DNA of 64,000 bases from Lingula anatina (taxonomy: Eukaryota > Animalia > Brachiopoda). The notes beneath the pieces were generated by a model. That model was given only the letters and a program-made list of their open reading frames with translations, was not told the DNA's origin and made no database searches. This document shows positions 38,258 to 52,085 of the stretch, one piece after another. Every line of letters starts with the position of its first letter. Position 1 is the stretch's first letter. Both the position numbers and the translations under genes were made by a program. Location of the stretch: positions 5,766,001 to 5,830,000 of the forward strand of contig CM120646.1 of NCBI GenBank assembly GCA_051362555.1, written 5' to 3'.

Positions 38258-40291
38258 ATTTATATATAGACCTACTTTCTGTAAACACAGTCCGTTAAGC
38301 TCCAATCTAATCTGTTTATTTAAGGATACTTGCCATAAAAACAACAAGGCAGTGCGAGATATAGGGATGAATAGTAGCATAAGTAGGCCTAATTTCTATA
38401 GGTAGGCCTACCCAATACACTCTTCTTCTTTTTGCCATTTGCAATTCATTAAGTCATATACTTTTCAAAGTGCTTCACATATAAAAGCAGGTTAAGAGCA
38501 TACCACGGAAAAATGTTAAAAGATTCAAATCGTTTTTCACGTTTTATAGAACAGAATAGTTTTATTTTATAATGTAGGTCTGGCACCGGGTCTAATAAGG
38601 GCCTACATGTATAATACTGTGATCAAATATTATTAAAAATGAATTAGTAAATAATCAACTATCAATTTTATATTACGTCTTTGCTTGTCTGCTTTTTCTT
38701 TTTCTTTTCATTCTTTTTTCTTTTCTTTTTCCTTTTTTTTTGATAATAAATGTACACAGAACCCTTATGGTTTTTTTCATCTGAAAATAATTAGCAAAAA
38801 AACATTGTCAAGTAATAGTAATAGTCACAGAAACTTGAAAATTAAAAAAAGTATCAGCTGCAGGAGTATGGCCTAAACAGTGGGGAAGGAGGAAGAGTGA
38901 GATCACGCGAGGAAGTCTCCTTCTCAGGCTAACTAAATGCTAAAAGTCAGAACCATGTATATCAACACTGGCGTGTTAGTATTCATAAACATTCAAAGCT
39001 CTTCTTACATATATATAAACAGTTATAAGTATACACCATTCCATATAGCTTTAATGTAGAATATTTGAAAGTTGAAATCAATAGACGTATTGTGCTGACT
39101 ATGATATATTTAATATACCATTTAGGTAAGTAGGCTACAGTGTATATCAGCCACACACACACACACACACACACACACCTTCCGCTGCGAAGAGATTCTG
39201 GAAGTTAATTAGGGTGGTTTTGGCCTCTAGTTAATCTTTCTGTTTCTTATATTTAAGGCAACAGTTGGGAAATGAACGTAAAAAACTGAGGGAAAATGCG
39301 CGCGCAGTATCCGTGCAAATACCCAAAGAACCGCGTGGTTTGAGACACAATGAAAAGCAAATATATCTTTTTACTGAACAGTTGCATTACTGTTTTATTG
39401 TCTATGTTCAGTACTGAAGATACCGTCATTTAGGTTGCGTGTGTACATCTCGCGTGCCTCGTAACGTCTTTTTAATGCGAAGACATATTGGCTGCGTAAA
39501 AAATCACTTTACCGACCTCAACATTCCATGCATTATAATTCATTTGAATTTCACTGCGTTGAACTTACTACATGGTATTTTCTCCACGCATTGCACTAAA
39601 TAATTTTGAAGCAACCTCGAAACTTTCTATTCCAATGCTGGACCAATAAAATATTGCAGTTTTATTCTATTATTTATATTTTGAACGCCACAAAGGTAGT
39701 AAGAAAACTATTGAATTAAAGCTTTCATATGCCAGAGGAAAAATATTTTACTTTATATTTAGTAAAATTTTATTGTATTATATTTTTCAGAAAATGAATA
39801 TAGAAATTCGCTGTTTGTTATATTTTTTCAAAAACAGTAAAATAAGTTCTAGGCATATATTTACTGCCATAAATCCGTTGCACACTGTTAAAAGCTGACC
39901 TCTTACAATCAAAACATCTCAAGGGCAGTCTTCACAACATTAAACATCAATATTCTCTACCTAATATGTTAGACACCCGAGTACTTTAACATTAATGTCT
40001 TGTCATCGCACATGCGTATGGAGATATTATTAGTTTTCAGCAGCGAGCACGCAAAGAGAAAGCATGCAGTCACACAACTGGACTTCGTTAAACGGGCAAG
40101 ACCGAGAATACTGTGTTAACGTTAACCTAATTTGGCTCACATTCCACGTAAAAGAAATGTATACTTGTTGCAAACATTGCGTTTGAAATCAACTCATTTG
40201 GCTACGGTGGTATTATTAGCTTAAACAGAATCTAGAAAGAAATCGGTGGTCAGATATGCGTTGTAGCCTATAGATACATGAACCCTCTACC

Positions 40292-40541
40292 CAGTGGCGG
40301 ATTAAGGGGGGGGGGGCAGGGCGGTCCTGAACCCCCTTCGATCTCTGAAAAAAATATGGTCGCCTCTTGAAATTAGAATTTTGACTAACTGAATCATAGT
40401 TCTTAACCGTACCAAATGGCACCCATCGCCCTCTAAAATATCAAAATTTCAGAGGGCCCTGAACCCAACGCCAAAGGGAAGGGGGGGGGGGCGGTTTTGC
40501 ATCCGCGGACCCCCCTTCACATAATCCTGGATCCGCCCCTG
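40292..40541. mobile_element. hAT-type MITE
   Basis: CAGTGGCGGAT...ATCCGCCCCTG TIRs with a perfect 8-bp TSD CCTCTACC (40284-40291 / 40542-40549). Confidence 0.9.
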
Positions 40542-41325
40542 CCTCTACCAGGGCGGCAGATATTATAGGCACATTTTCCACCTTTATCAATTGAATAAAG
40601 TTATGTTAAAAAAAAAAATTCCACCAGCCACAATCAAAAGACTATATTTAGCCAGAGACATTATCAGTGAATATGTAGTGAAAAACCAATCTGTGACCCT
40701 GGTGGAGGGTAGCCTATAGGTACCTACGCAAAGTTGCGTAAGTCAGTAACTCTGCTCTCTGACGTCACTGTACTAACGCATTTCGCGGCAAATAATCTGG
40801 TGGCTAATGTTACGTTATTTCATCCCTTTGTCTGTAGTAAACGAAGCTTTAGGCTGATTTATGGCTGGTTTGCAGCAATTTATTTCGCGCACGCGGCGTA
40901 TAATTCAACCACTTCCGCTCTTTTAAAATAATGTGCCCCTTTTTTTATTGTTTACTCATTTCAGCTTCATTTCTGTATCCGGTTTAGGCCTACACTGCGT
41001 ACGTGAGGTGTCTTTCGTCAGAGGAGAGTCTGCGGTGAAAGAACAAAATAAGGGCTCTGTGTTAGATTTGGATTAATCTACAGATATAAAGGCACGTTAT
41101 TATTTTTTCTCTTCACATTATTACAGATAGTCGAAAAGGAAGTCTTCGGTATATACTCACCGTCAAATCTCACGGTTCGAAAGCGCGACTCGCAGTGGAA
41201 CGCAGGGTCACGCGATTTTAATCTAGCAGGGTAATAATTTTAACGACGGACCTATACACGCCAGGCGATCCATATAAAGCAGTACGGTGTTCATAATATA
41301 CTCAGCGGCCTACGTCGTGACAAAC

Positions 41326-41856
41326 ATGTCGGAACAAAGGGACCTGAAGGCTCGGGAATCTACACGGACAAACTACTCGAATAACGAGTTCCCGCCATCG
41401 TATGAAAGCATTTTTCCAGGGAGTGTAATAGAAGTGGACGACGTGTTTGAGGATGAGAATTCTAGACCGTTCATACCCGACCGGGAAAGGTCGTACGAAA
41501 TGAGAGATTTGGAGCTTGATTTAGTGAGTAGAGACCAAGTGGACGCTGCGGCGCTGGACAGGCGGCGAAGACGAAAGCAACAAGTTTGTATAACTACTGT
41601 AGGGATACTCATTGCTCTTATCATATTCGCGTTCACAATGGTGGTGCTAGCGTTTGTTGTGGACTACAAACAAAACCCAAATAACAATTCTACAATTATC
41701 GTGGATTCTTCAGGTCACAAGCATAGCAAGGACACATATTTCAGGACACGAAAAGCACGCAGTATTCATCTCACAAGGTTAAATCTTTTAGCAGACGACA
41801 TCTCAATATCCGGGTTGTACATATATTCTCCAGTCCATGACAAACCGCATTCGTGA
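41326..41856 (+). CDS. Small single-pass membrane protein (~176 aa) with cytoplasmic PPSY motif; function unknown
   Basis: ATG in AAACATG context; PPSY; acidic stretch; RRRRRK followed by the hydrophobic VCITTVGILIALIIFAFTMVVLAFVV; downstream N-glycosylation sequon and basic RTRKAR site. Confidence 0.6.
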   Translation: MSEQRDLKARESTRTNYSNNEFPPSYESIFPGSVIEVDDVFEDENSRPFIPDRERSYEMRDLELDLVSRDQVDAAALDRRRRRKQQVCITTVGILIALIIFAFTMVVLAFVVDYKQNPNNNSTIIVDSSGHKHSKDTYFRTRKARSIHLTRLNLLADDISISGLYIYSPVHDKPHS

Positions 41857-42373
41857 TAAATGGACGGAGATGTGTGGATGATATATATTCGAATGGAGGG
41901 AAAGCTTCCAAAGTAAGGGTTTGCACAAAGTAAAGATAGAGACGATAGATAAGAGACGTTGTAGAATGAAAAAGAAACCTTAGGTAATATTATTTCCAAG
42001 TTAGTCATAATAAAGGGTGGGCTGTGACTCACGCTGTTTTGAAAAAGTTTTAAACAACTCAAGGATGAGTTATTGTTAACGATGATATGAGGTTGTAAGA
42101 TATGGGACGGAGATGAATGGATTTTTTTTCTGAGAGAGAGAGAGAGAGAGAGAGAGATTCCCTGCAGTTGTACGTAAGGTAAACATGACGTATTGCCAGT
42201 CCCGTCAGTTGATATGTATAGAGATTTACAGGTCATTAACTTTGCGTGCTCTTCATTCGCTGTGAGGCGGTTCTGATACATCACTATATAAAGCGCTTTA
42301 TATGTTTATATGATCATTAGTTTAGAGCGTCCTACTGTTTGGCCTGTCCCTCTGTAGGGCCTATCATCTAAAA

Positions 42374-42416
<43 letters not shown>

Positions 42417-42733
42417 ATGAATAATAATAATAATAATAAAACAATCGGAAGTATTTTTCAATGCGCTATTTCCTAACCCATCCTACAACTTTTTTGCTCT
42501 CATTATCCTCAATTGTAATTGATTTATCTTAGATTATTTATTTATTTTTATTTTATTTACTTTTTTTTTTTTGGTGGGGGGGGGGGGGGGCACTATGGGT
42601 AATTTGATCTAGGTAAACTATGGGTTCATGACGAAAGGTCCACATTTTCAGAAAAAGAACCCCCTTTTGCACTTGCTTGCTACGGGCCTGGTTTAAGTCA
42701 ATAGAAACATTACTACATGTGTAAAACAAATGT

Positions 42734-42791
<58 letters not shown>

Positions 42792-43387
42792 AACAACATC
42801 AATTACATTATTTTTACACCCTGTGTGAATAAATGAATGTGTGTATGTGCGCGCGCCCAACATGTACGTGTATGTGTGCATACCTGCGAGGGTACATACG
42901 TGCATGTGTGTGTATGTGTGTGTGTGTGTTTGGTTTGCATGTCAAATTTGATGAAAACGAAACCATGTTGAATTGTTCAATTAATTATTTAATGTTTTGT
43001 TTTTATAGGTGATGTGAGAACGATTCTTACTTCACAGGCGGTGTTATAACAGAGGCAGCTACTATGATGACTTTTCATGGCATTAATAAATGGGAAATCC
43101 TGGAAAAGTTATAACTACGCACAGGAGAAATGGGGAATGTTACCTAGAAGGAAAAATGACTGGACAAGAAATATTTTTTCCTTCAAAAGACGACAACTGA
43201 TAGCAACAGATACTTCGGTGGAAATGATGATGACAGATACTTACGCTCTTCCGGGGCCACATATGGATTGAGATATTCACAGATATGGATGTGTCTCTGG
43301 CTAATTCTATACAGATTTGTCTATTGTGAGCGAGAATTTATGCATGGAATTGACTTCATCCCTCAGCTGACCTCTAGTGTAGATGAA

Positions 43388-43592
43388 CAGATACTTAGGC
43401 TGAAATAATACTAACTTATACTTAGGCTGAAATATTAGTGACGGATACTTAGGATAAAATAACAATAACTAATACTTAGGCTGAAATAATAGTGACGGAT
43501 ACTTATAATGAAATTATGACGGATACCTATAGACTGAAATTAGTTACTGATACTTAGGCTGAAAAAAAAATGACGGGCAGTTAGGGTAAAAT
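43388..43592 (+). repeat. Degenerate minisatellite, about 8 units of 25-29 bp, core GATACTTAGGCTGAAAT
   Basis: Directly visible repeated core with variable AT-rich linkers. Confidence 0.8.
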
Positions 43593-45240
43593 AAAACGAA
43601 TGAAGTCCTCTATTTGCATACATGTAACTGATGATCAGTTATCTCAATCTCTTAACGATACAAGGATTCTATGTTAACTTAATCAGTTTCATAAGCAGAA
43701 TATTTTTCAGCTTGGAATAGACCTAACTTGAAAGCTTCATAAGCATTTTGCTTGTGTACAAATAACGATCTTTGGACTGTAAACAGTTTTAGCTTTATTG
43801 CAATACTAACCACGTAAATCACAATACTTTAAAAGCCAAGTGAACAGTATTTTGAGCCTTGAGATCCATACCTTATAATTATTAATGTTTCATTGCTACA
43901 CGTAGGCCTATATAGATTTTTTTTACCATGAACACATATGAAACTGAAAATAAAATGAAAAATTCAACACTTAGTTCTAGAATCAGAAGTAATTCTGCCT
44001 TAGTCAAATTAAATCACTGATGTAGATATAAAAGGCTCTTTGTATATATGTAACACTCAATCGCATGCATGACAACGGACAAAGAAAATTGGTTGCTTAG
44101 ATTCCTGCCGTTTGACACCGAGGAAATATATATAGACGACTAGCAGAGCGGTGAGTAGAAACCACAACCCATATATTATAGTAACTCTTTGTCTCAATTA
44201 TTCATGTGTAAGTAATTGAGACGAAACAGAGATATGCAGGAAGGGTAAGAGCGAAAGCCACAACCATGAAGTTCTAAAATGACAACAAGCAAGACTAGTT
44301 TTGACAATGGCGGAAACTAGGGTTGAGGACACGGGTGGAATATGTACCCTTTCCTGAGCTGCCTGTTCTCTCCTTGTCCTCACCCTCCTCAAAAAATAAT
44401 AAAAATATATTAATAAATAATAATAATAAATGAATGATTAAAAAATAAAAAATAAAAATAAAAATGTTCTTTTCTACTGCTTTGTATTTGCCCAGCGATC
44501 CAAGGTAATTTTCATCACCCTTGCCCCCCCCCCCCCCAGTATCCCCCTGTATCCCCCAGTGCAGTGCAAGTACAAGCGTACGGATTAACCTCCCGTAGTA
44601 TTGTACCGAGTTGTATTTTAATAACGATAGTATGTGAATCATGCTGCCAGTGAAAGCACTCCTTGATACACTAATATTTTCCTTTCCAAAAACCGACTTC
44701 CGCTACATAAAACAGTGCTGGGCATTGTTATAAGAGGTGCTGGTGGTTGGGTTCGGTTTGGGTATAATGTGTTTTAAATTCTCTTGACCCAAGTAATTGC
44801 TACCCTTGCGTCTGTTGTGTTACACGCTGTTTTGACACGACAGCTGCACATTAGTCGTTCAGTTATAGATATCACACTACCGATGTAAAATCGTGTCTGT
44901 GTGTGTGTGTGTGTGTGTGCATGCGTGCGTGCGTGCGTGCGTGCGTGCGTTTGTGTTTGTTTGTTTGTGTGTTTGGGTTTTGGTACAAGCAAAATTTTCT
45001 AAGAAGGTGCAATAAATTTAGAGCATACAATATGACGTATCTGTCATTTACTCCTAATCTATTTATATAATATCACTAGAATAGAGGGTATAAATATGTT
45101 GTTTTACCAAAGTTGTTTTAAGTAATGTGGTGATTAAATTGGAGTTTTATGACTGACCATTAATGAGCTTACACATCAAGGGTGGTTCAAGTTCCAATCT
45201 TTTTCTTTAGATAATAGGACCCATCTGTATAAATATTTTG

Positions 45241-45308
<68 letters not shown>

Positions 45309-45367
45309 CCTACTTAGGGTTTAAGTTCTCGTTAAATAACATAATTGTCTCCAACTTGTGAACAAAA

Positions 45368-45403
<36 letters not shown>

Positions 45404-46105
45404 ATACAATTCCAATTAACCATACGCATGGGTGCACACATACACTTATCTTAGATCAACCCAGATAGACATAGGCCTATGCTGATCCTGTTGTTTCTTT
45501 AAAAAATCTTTTGGCAATTTTTTGGAAGCTTGAGATAGTTATCGTTAGTCAGGTACTTTATCACGTCAACTGGCCTTTTCAAAAATATCAGAGAATAACC
45601 TGAGCAGGCATCTTTCATCATAAGTATTCAACAACTGCTGGCGAGCTGCGATTTAGAGCGGTAGACCTACGATGGAATGCGGTAGTTGAGATCAGAATTC
45701 AGAGACGTGGTAAATGACAAAGCACTGGTTGTGCCTATAAACTGTCATATTCATATTACAATATTCATAATATGTAAAGCTGAACAATAACGAAACTAAA
45801 TATGCACCAGTCCTATTTAAATTTGGATCAAAAGTCAAATTTTGATCCAATATGTTGGTCACTATATAGGCATACAAAGAACGAACTGGTCCATCCCTAA
45901 CAAAAAGTCCCACAACGTCATTAATTTTTACGGTTTGATTGCAACAACACTATGTATGTATGTATGCACCACCCAGATTGCTTAGTGTAATTGTGAAATG
46001 TTAAGTGGGTTGTTGGTGCCGCTACATATAGCTAATATATTAGGCCTATATGGACATAAACCTACGCCAACATTTCATGACCTAACCCATTCTTGACCTT
46101 CAGAC

Positions 46106-46160
46106 TGACGTCATTTACTGAGAACGAGGCTGGAATTAGGGGAATCCCCTTGGAAATTTC
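46106..46160 (+). promoter_or_regulatory. Putative immune-inducible element: CRE (TGACGTCA) and NF-kB site (GGGGAATCCCC) upstream of TIR gene A
   Basis: Perfect CRE at 46106-46113, kappaB site at 46139-46149, adjacent GGAAATTTC; identical in copy B. Confidence 0.55.
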
Positions 46161-46461
46161 GACGATTTTGGAATATTTTGTGTTCTTTCCAGCTCCGCGT
46201 CTAGGTTATAAAGTAGAGTTGATCCAGTTTTTATACCAGACGAGACAAGGATATCGAGGCAAGAATGTTTATATGATGTTTTCATTTAAATGAAAAAAGT
46301 TAAAACATTTCTGTAGGTCTGTCATACAAGGAAACGAAAATAACTTTGAAGTATCGATCGATGAACTGGTATGGGACAAACGAACATGCATGTATAAAAA
46401 TGGTGAAAAAACAGAACTAACTTGTTGACAATCAAGTTTCAAGGTTTATTTCAGCACTATC

Positions 46462-47434
46462 ATGGCAAGTTCAACTCTCCGACAACAAAAGACATCGCAA
46501 CGTTACAGATATGACTTCTGTGTGGTGTATTACAACACGGATCAAGTAAGGGGGAACCCAGATTACGAGGACGGAAGAAAGAGCTTAAAGTTTGTTAAAA
46601 CATTAGTGAAACTCTTAGAAAAGTTTACATGGCCTTATGGTAATAATGCAAGAAAGCTCAGAGGCTACTATGCAGATCGTGATTTGCTCCCTGGGCGAAT
46701 GATCATAAATGAACATTTTCAAGTCCTGGGGGAGTCCCGCTACACGATCGTTGTTTTGAGTCCAGCCTTCATTCGAGATTGTTGGTCAGAATACATCGCC
46801 CAGTCTGCATTCCGGGAGTTGATCGGTACGTCACGCTTTGTGCCCCTTGCCGTCCATGGCGTTCAACCCACCGATAGCGGCATCCCGAAACAGCTGAATG
46901 TCGCATACATAGTATATTTCCGCCAAGGAGAAAGCCCTGAAGAAGATGATCGCGCCTGGTCCAAGGTGAAGAAAACTCTGCTGTGTGAAAATCCACGACA
47001 GAGAGACTTAGATGAACAAGTAGGAGCTAGTGGGCCGATAGTGCCAGACAGTGGAGGCTCTGGTAAGATTTGCATGAAATTGTTTACCTCCACTGGCAGG
47101 CATATTTCACTGTTCAAATGATGTTATTTTGGTCCTGCCTGAGTAGCTGTAAGTAATAATATATGGTAACCAAAGGTATGATTGAATTAATTTGAGATTT
47201 GCCTGGAATTTTATCCTTTTTTCCCTGGAAAAAAAAATTTATAGTAGACTTACAAAGAGGGCTACCAAATATAAGGAAAAATGCATCAATGGATGTGCAT
47301 AGCTTTAACCTCTAAGGAAAATATCAACAGAGGAAATAATAATGCATGAGACTTTATAATAATAGGCATGCTTAGTATGCAGTCCATGATGCTGTCATTC
47401 ATAGGGTATGGAAATTATCTGATCCGATGTGTTT

Positions 47435-47488
<54 letters not shown>

Positions 47489-49935
47489 AATATAACATAA
47501 CGAAAACAGACATTTTCTAAATTAACCATTACATTTTACTTTAAAAAATGTTAATAATATATTTCATAAAGAGAAAATAATATATACGAACCTTTAAAAA
47601 TTTTCTGGTGAGAATTACCTTTCCTTCTTGTGGAATCTTTCACCAGTGCCAGTTCACAATTAAATATTTCTTATTTCAGCTTCAGTTTCCAGCAACATCC
47701 CTAATGAAGAGGTGGCAGGTGGGTGTGGCTACCAGCAAAGACCACGTGAAAGTTCTGACTCCTCCCGCGTTGATCCTATTTCCACAGGGGACACTGCCCC
47801 ATTACCTGGACACCAACGGGGAAATAACCCCCGAAATGTAGGTGTACACTTTCAACAAGAATATAGAACACTTATGGTGAAATTGATATTTTTATGATAC
47901 GTTAGTGTAATTACCTCCGCCAAGGAGGTTATGTTTTCACCCCTGTTTGTCGGTCTGTTTGTTTGTTTGTCATCAACATAACTCAAAAAGTTATGGACTA
48001 ATTTTGATGAAAATTTCAGGGTAGGTCAGAAATGGGTTAACTTAGAAGTGATAAGTTTGTGGTGGTGATCCGAATCAATAGTCAATCAATAATCAATAAT
48101 CATAAATCAATCATCAACATACAGTAACTCAAAAAGTTATGGACCGATTTTGATGAAATTCTTAGGAACTGTCAGAAGTGGGCCAAGGAACAGATCAAAA
48201 GTTTTTGGTCGTCATCTGGATCAATAATCAATCAATAATCAATAATAATAATAAAAAATTGCTGCCTTGGTGGAGGCATGTGCTCTCGGAGTGCTTTTCT
48301 AGTATAAATATTTTTTATATAAAAAATTAATGACAGAATTTATGAAGTTGGGCAAAAGTAGAGATTTAGCGAATGACTTAACATTAATCTTGTTTAAAGA
48401 ATTATTTGTATGTGATTTATTTCGATAAGTTAATGAAGGAATTTAAAAGTTTTCTTTTTATGAATTTTTCTAGGGTCCATCTACTCAAGACGTGGAAGAC
48501 CAGGGTGAGCTTTATATTTTTAGGGGGTGTTCAGAATAAACTTATGGCACCAGCAGGTTCGATCTATCTCTGCAAGGATTTTCAAAGTGCAGTCAATGTA
48601 ATCAGCTCAAGTGTCTGGCATGCTCCCTTGAGAAGCTTGGGGGTGATTTACTTCAGTGTGCGCTTGACTTAGTTACCTCTTAGCTGGTTTAGGAAGCATG
48701 TCAGACAATTAAGCTGAATAAATTAATTGCACTTTGGTGAGAGTCCCAGCAGAGATAGATTGATCCTTCTGGTATGATTAGTTTATTCTGAACTCTCCTT
48801 TACATTACAGAATTTTTTGGGGCTGTAAAATATTGTTTTAATATAAAATGAACATTTTGTGTTTACGTACAATGCAATCCAAAGTAAGTAAAATCTGCCT
48901 CATGCAGAGTGTGCAAACCTGTTATGTGAAATACTATATAAACATTTTCTTATGATTTTATGCCCAGTTGGAACTTGCATATGCTGGGTTATAAGAACAA
49001 TGGCACCATTTGTGACACTTCCCAATTATGGTAAAGTTTTACTTTTAATAGGAGATAACATGTAAGAGATTTTTTACTTAATAATGGACAGCAGTGGTGA
49101 CCCAAGTGGTTTTCCTTGTTAATCAATCAATCAATTATTATTATCTCTGATTTTGATAGGTGAGGGGTACACAGACAGCTACCAGTCCGTACATCCTAGC
49201 CCTACCCATCACGGTAACAACCTCGACCCTGCACCCAGTTTGTCTTGCTCTGCTCGATCACCTCTTAGTGTGAGAGATGCGTCACTTCCCACGTTGGATG
49301 TACCCCCTACCTACTCCTTGGGCGATCTAGAAGATGACCTTGCCAGTGCCCAGATAAGTGCACAATCTGACAATCTGGGGAATGATAGTGACAATCAAGG
49401 GCAAGTCCCAGGCAACGATGTTTCAGAAGATGAGCCAGGGCCAACTGATTGCGTTAGAGGAGATCCAGGGGCACAGTTGGGAAGCAATCATCCACAAAAC
49501 ACACCCGAGGCTGCTGCTGATAATGAGAATGCGCAGAATGAACCTTCTTCGCCAGAACAGACGCTCCCACCAGGCCACATTTCCACGTCTTTGAACCTGC
49601 AGGCAGACAAAGACAGCTCTGAATTCAACACACATGTGGCCTCAGCACCAAGAGACATGGGGCAGCTGTTAGGTGAACCCTCACAAGCAGAACCTCCATC
49701 AAACCCTGGTAGTATTGACATGACTGAGGTGAAGAGCCCACCACCTGAATGGACTGCTAAGGGGGAGGGGGAGGAGGAGGGGGATCAGGGTGGGAGTGGA
49801 GAGCGGCAGGAGGGGGGCGGGGCTATAGGAGATTCAGTGCAGGGCAGTGTACATGACACCGTGCGATGGAACTCATTTCAAGGAATAAGAAATACTTTAC
49901 ACTCAATATTTCAGTGGTTGAGTGATAATCTTTGA
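46462..49935 (+). CDS. TIR-domain protein A (~521 aa; N-terminal TIR, long acidic disordered tail); exons 46462-47062, 47680-47837, 48474-48504, 49160-49935
   Basis: Box1 YRYDFCVVY, box2 RGYYADRDLLPG, SRYTIVVLSPAFIRDCW. Exons of 601+158+31+776 nt join in frame with GT/AG sites. No TM, LRR or death domain seen. Confidence 0.85.
47911..48303 (+). mobile_element. Non-autonomous Helentron/HINE (DINE-1-like) element in intron; duplicate at 54619-54985
   Basis: 5' TTACCTCCGCCAAGG, (TGTT)n microsatellite, internal tandem duplication, 3' subterminal inverted copy CCTTGGYGGAGG, short hairpin and CTAGT end. Confidence 0.75.
48523..48799. mobile_element. PIF/Harbinger-like MITE in intron; duplicate at 55205-55481
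   Basis: GGGGGTGTTCAGAATAAACT...AGTTTATTCTGAACTCTCCT with long imperfect arms and TTA on both flanks. Confidence 0.7.
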
Positions 49936-50052
49936 GAAAGCACCTGGTGGTAAATTCCAGTTGTAAGTGTTTTGTGAAAAATGAACTTAACTGGGGAGAA
50001 TGTTGTGTCCAAACACTGACATCTCTTAGTTTCTTGACTGATATGAGTCTCT

Positions 50053-50220
50053 CAGGGGCGGATTTAGGGCGTCTTCTGGGTCTTCCGAAAGACGGTCAGA
50101 TTTTCAAGTTTACATTAGCGGGTATCTAATTTTTTCTTTCGGAAGACGGTCAAAAATGAAGAACCGATCAACAAAGATAATTTGGAAGACTGTCAGGAAA
50201 TAACTCTGAATCCGCCCCTG
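50053..50220. mobile_element. hAT-like MITE in the 3' region of TIR gene A, absent from copy B
   Basis: CAGGGGCGGATT...AATCCGCCCCTG TIRs; empty site at ~56528. Confidence 0.75.
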
Positions 50221-50366
50221 TCAGTGAGACACCAGACTGTTAACAGCTGTTTCACGTATAACATGTTTGTGTGCGTGGAGAGAGATCGAGAAACTCTTTT
50301 CTCTTTATACTTACATGAATTTTCTGTATATATATACTTGTATAATTTTTTCATTCAACCAAGACC

Positions 50367-50436
<70 letters not shown>

Positions 50437-51926
50437 AAAACAAACACATAATGATTTGAATGTTTAATTATTCTTCATAAACGTTTTTGCCTCCTTCAGG
50501 CTCTTCAGACAATAAAACTCTTGAAGTGTTCTACGACCATTGAGGCATGTTATGTTCAATGTAAATGTCGAAGGATTTTACATACAATTATGTTGAAATA
50601 GAAATAAAATAAACTGTTAAACACAATTGAAGGTTAAAGTTTTTAATTAAAATTAATGTTTGTTTCATTATAAACGACCACATGAATGTTTTCAAAATAC
50701 AGTGTTTCAGACCTTTATAATGCAAGAATTTTGTTTTATCGTTCACAAAAGTACCTGAATCAGTAAGAAAAAGATGGGAGGTTGCGATGAAGTATTTCAT
50801 TTATTATGCACCTACATGTACATGTATTAAGGTCGCAGGGTCAGTAGGTTTGTGCACAAAATGACATATTCTGTTCATGGACTAGAGGTTTCAAATTCCC
50901 TAATTCATAAAACTGCTATTTCATTTCGGCGAGCGATTTCTCGATATCTTCTAAATTAAAGATAACACAGAGAAAGACCATGTTATATAGCGTCGTTTTA
51001 AGTAATCTGCACCTGGTGTTTAGGGGCTATAGGGAGGGTAGGACTTCTGCAGTCGATCCAGTCCATTGCATATCGGTTAATTTTCCTTGAGCCAGATTCC
51101 AAAAGTACACCACACTCCTAAAAAACAACCTCCTTGATTAATTGCCTTCAACGGCTGCCCCCCCCCCCCCCAACCGCCATTTTATTCTCAGCCTATATTG
51201 TACGACTCTGCAATGAGATATTTCTAAGAATCTCCTTCAATCAACAGACATAACTAAAAATTTTCACCCGTCCTCCATATTCCGCCACCAGAAGATGTCC
51301 TCTATGGTCAACGGCCACAGCCACTGGCCGCTCAACTTGAGGTTTACTAAGTAAAAGTGTCTCATCAAAAACTGACCATCCAAGTCCAAAACGACGACCC
51401 TGTGGTTCCACTGGTCTGCATTTTCCTTTCCAAAAAACCGACTTCCGCTATACAGTGCCGCGTATTGTTATATATAAGAGGCGCTCGTGGTTGGGTTCAG
51501 TTAGGGTATAATGTGTTTTAAATTCTATTGACCCAAGTAACTGCTACCCTTGCGTCTGTTGCGTTACAAGCTGCTTTGACACGACAGCTGCAGATGAGTC
51601 GATTCAGTTATACATATCACACTACCAATGTAAAATCGCGCGTGCGTGCGTGCGTGTTTGGGTTTTGGTTCAAGCAAAATTTTCTAAGAAGGTGCAATAA
51701 ATTTAGAGCATACAATATGGCATATCTATCATTTACTCCTAATCTATATATTTATAATATCACTAGAATAGAGGGTATAAATGTGTTGTTTTACCAAAGT
51801 TGTTATAAGTAATGAGGTGATTAAATTGGATTTATATGACTGACCATTAATGAGCTTACACATCAAGGGTGGTTCAAGTTCCAATCTCTTTCTTTAGATA
51901 ATAGGACCCATCTGTATAAATATTAA

Positions 51927-51965
<39 letters not shown>

Positions 51966-52054
51966 TTGCGTTACAATGCTTAGGCCCTACTTAGGGTTTT
52001 TAAATTTAAAAGTTCTCGTTAAATAACATAATTGTCTCCAACTTGTGAACAAAA

Positions 52055-52085
<31 letters not shown>

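Noticed and set aside
42553-42905. ORFs with IYIYIY, SLSLSL, THTHTH or poly-F/I runs (also 201-404, 1201-1425, 11157-11366, 36355-36726, 50182-50467)
   Set aside because: Translations of (TA)n, (GA)n, (CA)n, poly-A and (TAA)n microsatellites.
43009-43271. Downstream coding exon or selenocysteine read-through for the PPSY protein
   Set aside because: All three frames after the acceptor stop quickly, the upstream ORF ends TGA TAA, and no SECIS-like element was recognised.
43388-43592. Repeat-spacer-like array (GATACTTAGGCTGAAAT with variable linkers) as a CRISPR array or RYLG neuropeptide repeat
   Set aside because: Linkers are only ~10 bp and related to each other, the context is eukaryotic with no cas genes, and the RYLG frame hits TGA in each unit with no precursor ORF. 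It is an ordinary minisatellite.
47063-47121. TIR proteins ending at the ORF-track stops (219 aa)
   Set aside because: A strong G|GTAAGA donor at 47063 (53758 in copy B) and three downstream in-phase exons conserved in both copies indicate the ORF tail is intron read-through.
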